43,505 nt of DNA, from the NCBI GenBank assembly GCA_015485715.1, contig WFTA01000003.1:1-43505 (forward strand). Reading direction: 5' to 3'. Within the stretch, counting starts at the first letter, position 1; the number at the start of each line of letters is the position of its first letter. The notes under the pieces are model-generated. The model searched no databases and was not told where the DNA came from. It was given only the letters and a program-made list of their open reading frames with translations. Source of the DNA: Patescibacteria group bacterium. GTDB lineage: Bacteria > Patescibacteriota > Patescibacteriia > WFTA01 > S139-112. A program made the position numbers and the translations under genes. Below, piece by piece: positions 27,761 through 39,294 of this stretch.

Positions 27761-28007
27761 TTGAAAACAGTATTATTTTTTGGTATAAAAATTAAGAGGT
27801 AAAGGTCGACTATGCTATTGCCTCTTAATTTTTGGAAGTTTTACAAACAAAAATAAAAATTAAGAAGATTTAAAAGCACTGCGGCCTTTTCAGGCAAAAG
27901 GTCGACCAACTGGAAAAGTTGGTAAGCAGTGCTAAGTATAATTTATTAAATAGAAGTTATGAAATACAGCAAATGCTGTATGGATTAGCTTCTATAAGAT
28001 CAGATAA
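27761..28007 (+). promoter_or_regulatory. Promoter and long structured 5' leader of the large surface protein gene
   Basis: TTGAAA-17 nt-TATAAA (extended TG), three stem systems and two AAAGGTCG motifs. Confidence 0.7.
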
Positions 28008-31000
28008 ATGAACACATTAAAATTCAGGAGATTAGTAGTATATACACTAATTGCCGCTTTACTTGCCTGGACCGCAGCAGTGTATGCTGTAAATTTTGCA
28101 CAGGTAGCCAGAGCAGCATCTCCGGGCGATCTTATTAAGATGGACGGAAATCCTGCTGTTTACTATCTGGGGTCTGACCTTAAAAGATATGTCTTCCCAA
28201 ACGAGAAGACATTTATGACATGGTATTCTGATTTCTCTTCAGTTGTGACTGTATCTCAGTCAGAGCTGGAGTCATATCCAATTGGAGGAAATGTCACATA
28301 CAGACCCGGTACCAGACTGGTAAAGATTACAACCGATCCAAAAGTATATGCAGTTGAACCGGGCGGAGTTTTGAGATGGGTTACAACTGAGCAAATCGCT
28401 CAGGATCTCTATGGCTCCAACTGGAATCAAAGAATTGATGATGTACCAGATCCTTTCTTTGTAAACTATACAGTGGGATCTGATATTACATCATCCACCT
28501 ATCCAACAGGAACATTGGTTAAAAAAGCAGGAGAGTCAACTATCTACTACATAGAGAACGGTCAGAAGAGAGCATTTGCAGATGAGTCTGCATTTATGGC
28601 CAACAACTTCAGATACTCTGATGTTGTAGAGACATCAATGGATTTGTCAGTGTATCCTGATGGAACACCTATTACAGGTGCAGAACCTGCTCTTATAACT
28701 GTAGCAGGACCTGAGGTATCAGCTCCATCTACTGTTGGCACCTTATCAGTTGCTCTTGCACCTGATACACCATCAGCAGGTGTAGTGGTACCAAATGCTG
28801 CCAGAGTACCATTTACAACTGTCATGTTTACAGCACAGGGCAGTGATATAACTATTGACAGCATTACAGTAGAGAGAGTTGGTCTTGCAAGCGACAGTAA
28901 TTTTACAGATGTAATTTTGATTGATGAGGATACTGATTCACAGATCGGAAATGAAAAGAGCCTTGGCTCAACCCATACAGCAACCTTTAATGATGACATA
29001 GTAGTTAAGGCAGGAACCTCCAAAAAGGTAACAGTAGCTGCTAATATGGCAAGCGCTCTTATGGGTGGCGAAGTCGCTGCATTTGCAGTAAAAGAAGTCA
29101 AGGTAAAAGGATCAGCAAGTGTATCTGGAAACTTGCCTGTAACAGGAAATTCCATGACAATGAATTCTACCTTGTCAATCGGATCATTGACTGTTGCTCA
29201 AGGCGGTCTTAATCCTTCTGCATCTACACAGAAGATTGGAACCAATGATTATATCCTTTCATCTGTAAGGATGACAGCAGGATCTGTAGAAGATATACAG
29301 GTTGAAAGAGTAAGATTCTACAACAATGGTACTGCATCTGATTCAGATGTAGCCAATTTTGATCTCTTGGTAGATGGTACAGTGGTTGCAAGTGTTGCTT
29401 CTATGAGCAACAAAGAAGTTGTGTTTGACCTCTCTGCAAACCCTGTAGTCATCACCAAGGGAACAAACAAAGAGTTCTCTCTGAGAGCTGATTTGGTGAA
29501 CGGATCAGGAAGAACAGTATCTATGGATTTTGAGAAGAAAACTGATGTAAAAGCCAAGGGTAAAACTTATGGTTTCTACATCACACCACAATATCCAAAC
29601 AGCACAGCACCATACTTTAATGCAAATGACACCACCATTGCTGCAGGATCACTCAATGTATCCAAAGGCACAATTTCAAGCCTTAATGTAGCAGAGGGTG
29701 CCACTCAGCAGACACTTGGTGCATTTAAGTTCAATGCTCAAGGAGAGCCTGTCAGGATCGATCAGCTGGTATTAAATGTTACAGTATCAGGTACTGGTAA
29801 TGCAGCTGATATTACTAACCTGACAGTATATGATCCAAATGGAGTTGTGGTAGCTGGTCCGGTTGATCCAAGCTCATCCACCAATCAGGCTACAACAACT
29901 GATTCATTTGTGGTACCTGTTGGTGTTCACACCTATGTTGTAAAGGGTGACTTGAACACTGACTTTGGTGCAAATGACACCATCAGACTCTCCATAGCAA
30001 CACCTGCATCCAAGATTACAGCCAAGGGTGAGGTAACTAATAGAACTTTGACACCATCACCATCCTCTGCAGTTAATGGTGATACTGTTACTGTAAAGGT
30101 TGGTTCGCTCAAAGTTTCTACCTCATCTACACCATCTGCACAGACTGTGATCATTGGTAAGCAGAATTTCACCTTTGCCAACTTCATCCTTGATGCAAGT
30201 GATTCAGGTGAAGATGTAAAGGTGACCCAGATGGCCATAGTTCACAAGACATCTGGTGGTGATGAGGCAGATATTGCCAACTTGCAGCTGTATGATGGAT
30301 CCACACCGCTTGATCCAATTGTCCAGCCTGCATCAGTGGCAGGAAATACTGCTACAACCACATTCACCTTTACAACACCTGTTGTTGTTCCAAGAGGAAC
30401 ATCCAAGACACTTACACTCAAAGGTGATGTAAACAGCGGTTCCAATGGTGATACACACAGCTTTGGATGTGTTTCATCCTCATGTGTAACAGCTGTTGGT
30501 GCTGACACCGGCAACTCAATTACACCAAGTGTGACCAATTCAGACGGTCAAACAATGACTTTGGCATCCAGTGGTACACTGACAGTTCAGACTGATGCAT
30601 CAACACCATCATCTGATCTGCTCATTGCTGGATCAAACAAAGTCACTATCGGTGTATTGAGGCTTACAGCTGCCAATGAGGACCTTGATCTTACATCCAT
30701 TGCATTCCATGTGGCAGGAGTGAATTCTGGAAGCCAGATCGATGAGATATCCAAGCTTTATCTGTATGATGGATCAACACAGGTTGCATCACTTACACCT
30801 ACATCTACAGGTTCATCAGCAACCTCTACCTTTGTAATTTCTGAGGGTTCATTTAGAATACCTCAGGGTTCAACAGGTAAGAAGTTGACTGTAAAAGCTG
30901 ATCTGGCACCTATCCAGACAGGATCACCAGCAGAGGCTGGTAGAGGATTCAGACTACATGTCTATCAGGATGCATATTCTGCCAAGGGTGTATCATCAGG

Positions 31001-31679
31001 AGCTAAACTGGCTCAGAGTGCAATGTCAGGTACATTCAGCAGTGGCCAGTTCAATGTGTTCAAGAGCTTGCCAACTGTGTCAGTTGTAGCTCTTGGATCC
31101 AGTACTTTGAACAATGGCTCAGATGTTGAGCTCTTCAAGTTCAAGGTAACAGCTGACTCCAACGGCGACATCGGATTCTACAAGGCTACATTTGACATTG
31201 CAACAAGTGTTGCAACTGTGACACAGTTCAAGTTCTTCGAGTACAACGAAGACGGAGTGACTGGTGAGGTTGACCTGACATATGATGGATCAGTAGGAGT
31301 CAATGAGACAATTACTGCTTCCACATTCTCACCCGGTCAGGGAGGAACACACAGGCTTAACTTGGTGGTAAATGACAGTACAGCTGGTTCTGCAAATTAC
31401 AGAACTATAGCTGCTGGATCTACCAAGCTCTATGTGCTCAAGGGTAATGTTGCAAATGCTGTATCTGGTTCCTCTGTATCTGTAAGACTCGTTGGTGACA
31501 ATGCATTCCCGTCTACATATCCTGATACAGCAGCAAATGTAGACGCTGACACCAACGACTCATTCATCTGGACTGACTTTAATGGTAATGATTACTCAAC
31601 ATCAGCGCCATCAACAGCCCAGTGGTTCAACGGATACAGAGTATTCTCTACAACTACAAGCCAGACCTTGAGCAAGTAG
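28008..31679 (+). CDS. Large secreted surface / S-layer-like protein
   Basis: Signal peptide; repeated G(D/T)L(I/V)K..VYY..KR..F modules; tandem Ser/Thr/Val/Gly-rich beta-sandwich repeats; strong terminator. Confidence 0.75.
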   Translation: MNTLKFRRLVVYTLIAALLAWTAAVYAVNFAQVARAASPGDLIKMDGNPAVYYLGSDLKRYVFPNEKTFMTWYSDFSSVVTVSQSELESYPIGGNVTYRPGTRLVKITTDPKVYAVEPGGVLRWVTTEQIAQDLYGSNWNQRIDDVPDPFFVNYTVGSDITSSTYPTGTLVKKAGESTIYYIENGQKRAFADESAFMANNFRYSDVVETSMDLSVYPDGTPITGAEPALITVAGPEVSAPSTVGTLSVALAPDTPSAGVVVPNAARVPFTTVMFTAQGSDITIDSITVERVGLASDSNFTDVILIDEDTDSQIGNEKSLGSTHTATFNDDIVVKAGTSKKVTVAANMASALMGGEVAAFAVKEVKVKGSASVSGNLPVTGNSMTMNSTLSIGSLTVAQGGLNPSASTQKIGTNDYILSSVRMTAGSVEDIQVERVRFYNNGTASDSDVANFDLLVDGTVVASVASMSNKEVVFDLSANPVVITKGTNKEFSLRADLVNGSGRTVSMDFEKKTDVKAKGKTYGFYITPQYPNSTAPYFNANDTTIAAGSLNVSKGTISSLNVAEGATQQTLGAFKFNAQGEPVRIDQLVLNVTVSGTGNAADITNLTVYDPNGVVVAGPVDPSSSTNQATTTDSFVVPVGVHTYVVKGDLNTDFGANDTIRLSIATPASKITAKGEVTNRTLTPSPSSAVNGDTVTVKVGSLKVSTSSTPSAQTVIIGKQNFTFANFILDASDSGEDVKVTQMAIVHKTSGGDEADIANLQLYDGSTPLDPIVQPASVAGNTATTTFTFTTPVVVPRGTSKTLTLKGDVNSGSNGDTHSFGCVSSSCVTAVGADTGNSITPSVTNSDGQTMTLASSGTLTVQTDASTPSSDLLIAGSNKVTIGVLRLTAANEDLDLTSIAFHVAGVNSGSQIDEISKLYLYDGSTQVASLTPTSTGSSATSTFVISEGSFRIPQGSTGKKLTVKADLAPIQTGSPAEAGRGFRLHVYQDAYSAKGVSSGAKLAQSAMSGTFSSGQFNVFKSLPTVSVVALGSSTLNNGSDVELFKFKVTADSNGDIGFYKATFDIATSVATVTQFKFFEYNEDGVTGEVDLTYDGSVGVNETITASTFSPGQGGTHRLNLVVNDSTAGSANYRTIAAGSTKLYVLKGNVANAVSGSSVSVRLVGDNAFPSTYPDTAANVDADTNDSFIWTDFNGNDYSTSAPSTAQWFNGYRVFSTTTSQTLSK

Positions 31680-31730
31680 TTGTTCCTCTCAGCTGGTTTA
31701 TCTAGCGTCAGCTGGATATAACCAGACCTT

Positions 31731-31762
31731 AATCCCGCCCCTTAAAGGGGCGGGATTTTTTT
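31731..31762 (+). terminator. Intrinsic terminator
   Basis: AATCCCGCCCCTT-A-AAGGGGCGGGATT followed by T-run; additional hairpin at 31693-31725. Confidence 0.92.
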
Positions 31763-31815
31763 GTGTAAGTTTAGTTAATTGTGGTATAATAAATAATAAT
31801 TAATTTGTTTTATAT

Positions 31816-33225
31816 ATGAAAATAACATTTAATGGTGCAGCGGGTGAGGTAACAGGATCCAGACACCTTGTCCAGACATCAAATACTAAATTTTTACTTG
31901 ATTGTGGATTTTTTCAGGGAAAAAGAAGGCCAACCAGAAAGCTAAATGCCTCTTTTTATTTTGATCCGCAGGATATTGATTTTGTGGTGTTGTCACATGC
32001 TCATCTGGATCACTGTGGCGCTCTGCCGCTTTTGGTAAACAGAGGATTTTCAGGCCCTATCTATGCTACACACCCAACTAAAGATGTTGCAAGACAAATG
32101 CTGAGGGATTCAGCAGGAATACAGGAGAGTGATTATAAGTTTATGAAAAAACACAGGATACCCGGCGCCCAAACTTTGGCTAAACCTTTATATACCCTCA
32201 AGGATATTCCCAAGACTATAAGAAGGTTTAGAACTTTTTCATATATAAGGCAGGAAAATGTATGGCATAAAATCCACCCAAATGTTAATTTGAAATTTTA
32301 CGATGCAGGACATATTTTGGGGTCAGCTGTATCTGTGTTGGATATAAATGATAATGGAAGAAAGATTAGATTGGCTTATACTGGTGATTTGGGTAGAAAA
32401 CACACTCCTCTTCTGCATAATCCTGCTTATATCAGAGATAAGGTGGATGTGATGATTGTGGAGTCTACTTACGGCGGTATCAAACATAGAAATCTGGATG
32501 AGGCATATAAAGAACTTACAGAGATTGTGCAATATGTTTATGAAAACAAGTCAAAACTGATTGTTCCTGCTTTTGCTCTTGGCAGAACACAGCTTTTTGT
32601 GTATATGCTCCACCATCTTATGGATACGGGTTTAATCCCCAAGATTCCTGTTTATGTAGACAGTCCATTAGCTGGCAGAGTTACAGAAGTTTTTACCAAG
32701 TACAGAGACGATTATGATATAGAGTCAAAGCTGGATTTTCCCCGTAAGGGAGATTATCCTTTGTTTTTTAGGACATTGAGGTATACCAAATCCAGAGATG
32801 AGTCTAAGATGCTAAACAACATTCAAGGTCCTGTGGTTATAATATCTGCATCCGGTATGGTAGAAAACGGAAGAATTTTACATCACTTAAAACACAGTTT
32901 AAGAAATCCTAAGAATGTAATCCTTATCACAGGATATCAGGCCAGAGATACACTTGGCAGAAAATTACTTGAAGGCTGGGAAAGGGTAAAAATCTTTGGA
33001 AGATGGTATAAGGTAAATGCCAGGATAAAGGTTCTGAATGAGTTGTCAGCACATGCAGACGGAGAAGATCTAACAGATTATATACTTAAAACCAAAGGTG
33101 TAAAAAAGGTTTTTCTGGTGCACGGAGAAGAAGACAGATCTCAAGCACTTAGGCAAAATATTTTAAAGAGAAATAAAAATATTGAAGTTGTTATACCTCA
33201 ATTTGGACAATCTTTTGATATATAA
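31816..33225 (+). CDS. MBL-fold beta-CASP ribonuclease (YSH1-like)
   Basis: SHAHLDH, DAGHILGS, ESTYG, SASGM, SAHAD, VHGE. Confidence 0.93.
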   Translation: MKITFNGAAGEVTGSRHLVQTSNTKFLLDCGFFQGKRRPTRKLNASFYFDPQDIDFVVLSHAHLDHCGALPLLVNRGFSGPIYATHPTKDVARQMLRDSAGIQESDYKFMKKHRIPGAQTLAKPLYTLKDIPKTIRRFRTFSYIRQENVWHKIHPNVNLKFYDAGHILGSAVSVLDINDNGRKIRLAYTGDLGRKHTPLLHNPAYIRDKVDVMIVESTYGGIKHRNLDEAYKELTEIVQYVYENKSKLIVPAFALGRTQLFVYMLHHLMDTGLIPKIPVYVDSPLAGRVTEVFTKYRDDYDIESKLDFPRKGDYPLFFRTLRYTKSRDESKMLNNIQGPVVIISASGMVENGRILHHLKHSLRNPKNVILITGYQARDTLGRKLLEGWERVKIFGRWYKVNARIKVLNELSAHADGEDLTDYILKTKGVKKVFLVHGEEDRSQALRQNILKRNKNIEVVIPQFGQSFDI

Positions 33226-33227
33226 TT

Positions 33228-36186
<2,959 letters not shown>

Positions 36187-36187
36187 T

Positions 36188-36778
36188 ATGCCGCTTACAC
36201 AAAAGAGAAAGCAAAAAATCAGGCAGGTAGTAGAAGCAAGACAGAAAGGACTTGTAATTGTCCTTGAAGATGTTCATGATCCCCATAATGCAGCAGCAGT
36301 TTTAAGGTCTGCTGATGCCTTTGGGGTTCAGGAGGTGTGTTTTATTTTTGATCAGGAAAAGCCGTATAATCCCAAAAGAGTGGGTAAAAAAACATCATCT
36401 TCAGCCAATAAGTGGCTTGATTTTCATATTTTCAGATCAATTAAAGAATGTGTAAAATATCTTAAAAGACGCAGATATAAGATATATGCAAGTGTGGTGG
36501 ATGACAAGGCGGAGAGTATTTACAAAACTGATTTTACCAAATATGTCAATATAGCGCTTTTATTTGGCAATGAGCACAGAGGATTATCTCAAGAGGCTGT
36601 GGATCTTGCTGACTATAGAGTATATATACCTATGAAAGGCATGGTAGAGAGTTTAAATATATCAGTTACTTGCGGGATTTTCTTATACGAGGTTTCCAGA
36701 CAGAGAAAATACTCTTTGAAATATTCTTTGTCTAAATCTGCAAAAGAAAAGCTCTATAGAGATTTTTGCAGGAGATGA
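36188..36778 (+). CDS. trmH: TrmH/SpoU-family RNA methyltransferase
   Basis: HDPHNAAAVLRSADAFG, FGNEHRG, IPMKGMVESLNISV. Confidence 0.85.
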   Translation: MPLTQKRKQKIRQVVEARQKGLVIVLEDVHDPHNAAAVLRSADAFGVQEVCFIFDQEKPYNPKRVGKKTSSSANKWLDFHIFRSIKECVKYLKRRRYKIYASVVDDKAESIYKTDFTKYVNIALLFGNEHRGLSQEAVDLADYRVYIPMKGMVESLNISVTCGIFLYEVSRQRKYSLKYSLSKSAKEKLYRDFCRR

Positions 36779-36871
36779 TCTTATTTATCATTGATTTAAT
36801 TCAAAAAAATCCCCATATATCGCCCGGGGTAATTTATTTCTTTATAGTGTATAAGGCTTTAAACGGTAAGA

Positions 36872-37564
36872 TTATTTCCAGTTTTTTATTTTAAGTGCAT
36901 TACGGGCTGCATCCATCTGAGCTTCTTGCTTGGAAGATCCTTCTCCTGTTGCAATCAGGTCTTCATTTAAGTATACGCCTACTTTGAAGTGCTTGTTGTG
37001 GTCTGGACCTGTTTCTTCAAGTACATGATAGGTAGGCGTGATTCCTGTCTTAGCCTGAGATAGTTCCTGAAATTTACTTTTAGCATCTATATATAGCTCG
37101 TTTTGGAGGATGTAAGGAAGCTCGGATACAACATTTCTGAGAATAAAGTCTTTGGCTGCATCATATCCTTGATCTAGGTATATGGCGCCAGTTACAGCTT
37201 CAAAGGCATCTGCAAGTATGTACTGCTTGGCTTTGGGGTTATTATCATTTGCTTCACCTTTTGAAAGCATAATAAAATCCTGAAAGTTAAGTTTTTGAGC
37301 TACTTTAGACAGCATTTTGGCATTGACCAAAGCTGCTCTCCAGTTGGTAAGCTCTCCCTCGGGATTATCATAATGGGTAAAGAGATACTCTGTTACTATA
37401 AGTTCTATTACTGCATCTCCGAGAAATTCCAGTCTTTCGTTATGATGTTTGATTTCTGGGTGCTCGTTTATATATGATCTGTGAACCAGAGCTCTGTATA
37501 GAAGCTCTTTGTTTTTGAATTTAATATTTAGTATTTTTTCTAGTTCCTCAATATTTTTAGACAT
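36872..37564 (-). CDS. rnc: Ribonuclease III
   Basis: NERLEFLGD, ADAFEA, C-terminal dsRBD. Confidence 0.97.
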   Translation of the reverse strand: MSKNIEELEKILNIKFKNKELLYRALVHRSYINEHPEIKHHNERLEFLGDAVIELIVTEYLFTHYDNPEGELTNWRAALVNAKMLSKVAQKLNFQDFIMLSKGEANDNNPKAKQYILADAFEAVTGAIYLDQGYDAAKDFILRNVVSELPYILQNELYIDAKSKFQELSQAKTGITPTYHVLEETGPDHNKHFKVGVYLNEDLIATGEGSSKQEAQMDAARNALKIKNWK

Positions 37565-37567
37565 AGG

Positions 37568-38464
37568 TTAGTCTTTAATTTTATCCATAATGCGAAGTGT
37601 TTTTTTAAAGAGAGATCTGGCTTCTTTGTAGCCAAGTACTTTTTCAACCTCATCTTTTTCAAACCACTGTGCGTCTTTTACAGTAACACTATCTTCATAT
37701 TTAATATCTTTTTGGCCAGTTTCAGCCAAGTAATAAAGAATTCTTTTCCTATAAGGTGGCTGTTTGGGCTGATTGACTGTAACATCAAGATAATCTATGT
37801 ATTTTTTAATATTAAGTTTTTTGATATTAGTCTCCTCTTCCACCTCTCTTTCTATAGCTTCTTTGATGGTTTCATTAGGGTTTTCAAGACCTATTTTACC
37901 TTTAGGAAACGTCCATTTATCAATAGCATCTTTTATTAGTACAAAAAATATTTTATCTCCTTCTTTTCTGTATACTACGGCACCTACAGATACTTCTTTG
38001 ATGTTTGAGGAGATGTTGATATCGTGGAGTCTTTTGTTAATATCTTCAACTGAGGTGGTAATATCTTTATATATAGATCCCAGTACTCCATTGATAAATC
38101 TATAAGAAGAATCACCGCCAAATGATTTTGCCAGTTCTATAGATTCATCTATAGCCACTTTAGGAGGAACCTCAGGACTAAAATAAAGCTCGTATATACC
38201 AATTCTGAGGATATTCCTATCTATGATTGTGATTTTTTCAATAGGCCATTCTGGTGCATACTTTTCTATTATCTGGTCTATTTCATTTATTTTATCTATA
38301 ATACCTCCCAGAAGTGATTGGGTAAAATTTTTCTCTTTAAAATTGGGTGCAAAGTCTTTTAAATTTTTTTCCAAGAGTTTCTCAGGTGACTGATTTTTTT
38401 TATTAAAATCCCATTCAAACAATGTTTGTAAAACCACTGTTCTTCCTAAATGTCTTCCAGACAT
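37568..38464 (-). CDS. nusB: NusB fused to a C-terminal NUDIX hydrolase domain
   Basis: IDRNILRIGIYEL..PPKVAIDESIELAK..FINGVL, then GAVVY..WTFPKG..REVEEET. Confidence 0.92.
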   Translation of the reverse strand: MSGRHLGRTVVLQTLFEWDFNKKNQSPEKLLEKNLKDFAPNFKEKNFTQSLLGGIIDKINEIDQIIEKYAPEWPIEKITIIDRNILRIGIYELYFSPEVPPKVAIDESIELAKSFGGDSSYRFINGVLGSIYKDITTSVEDINKRLHDINISSNIKEVSVGAVVYRKEGDKIFFVLIKDAIDKWTFPKGKIGLENPNETIKEAIEREVEEETNIKKLNIKKYIDYLDVTVNQPKQPPYRKRILYYLAETGQKDIKYEDSVTVKDAQWFEKDEVEKVLGYKEARSLFKKTLRIMDKIKD

Positions 38465-38474
38465 AATTAAAAAA

Positions 38475-38687
38475 TTAATGATGTTTATGTGCTAATTTTT
38501 TTTGTACTTTTTTGGCTGTATTTATAACCTCCTTCCCTTTGTATTTGCCGCAATTTTGACACGCTATATGAGGCATCTTAGGTGTTTTGCATTCAGGACA
38601 GGGAAAAAGAGTAGATGGTTTTATGTGTTTATTTGCTCTTGCTCTTCTAACTTTAGAGCGTGATCTTCTTTTTGCTGGTACTGACAT
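38475..38687 (-). CDS. rpmF: 50S ribosomal protein L32 (Zn-binding form)
   Basis: MSVPAKRRSRSK, CPEC..PHIACQNCGKY. Confidence 0.96.
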   Translation of the reverse strand: MSVPAKRRSRSKVRRARANKHIKPSTLFPCPECKTPKMPHIACQNCGKYKGKEVINTAKKVQKKLAHKHH

Positions 38688-38710
38688 ATTTATATTTTAC
38701 TTATAAGACA

Positions 38711-38812
38711 GATTTAAAGCTTGATTGTGCAATAAAAAAATATTGCCTTTCAATCAAGCCTTAAATCGCTAAATGCATATTAATAATAGCAGAATTGACC
38801 TGTATATGTCAA
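38711..38812 (-). promoter_or_regulatory. Promoter and long leader hairpin of rpmF-nusB-rnc
   Basis: Minus strand TTGACA (38807-38812)-18 nt-TATTAT (38783-38788); hairpin at 38711-38767. Confidence 0.65.
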
Positions 38813-38869
38813 GCCTATAGGCGCACATTCTGATAAGTGCCAAACCCAAAATCCCGAAAACAACCAAAG

Positions 38870-39075
38870 ACAATTCTCCAATTTTCAATAACTAATTTAC
38901 AATGAATTTACAATGATTTAATGTTTTAATGGTTTAGACTATAAGACTGATGTATGCTGCAGTATTGGGGAATTTAATTCATTGGAAAATTAAGGAATTA
39001 ATTGTAAATTGAAAATTCGTAAATCGGATAATTTGTTGTTATTGTTTAGGATTTAGAATTTAGTATTTAGAATTT
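38870..39075. repeat. Intergenic hairpin element (105-bp repeat copy plus heptamer tract)
   Basis: 38900-39004 matches the reverse complement of 10335-10439; 39013-39043 is nearly identical to 3958-3988. Confidence 0.9.
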
Positions 39076-39155
39076 CTCAATGTAAAGCTGTTGTTGCAGG
39101 ATTGGCAGGTTTTGGTTTGAGTATTTGGCATAAATAAGGTGAGTTAAATGTTAAA

Positions 39156-39190
39156 ATAAAAAAACACAGATTTAGAGTCTGTGTTTTTAT
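39156..39190 (-). terminator. Intrinsic terminator downstream of gyrA
   Basis: AAAAACACAGA..TCTGTGTTTTT stem with U-run on the minus strand. Confidence 0.75.
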
Positions 39191-39294
39191 CATAGTGAAA
39201 TGGTTCTGATTTCATAATTTTGTTTTTACAAGACATAAAAATTGTCGTTATCATGATGTGGATGTATAAATCTATTTTATCAAGAGAGAACACT

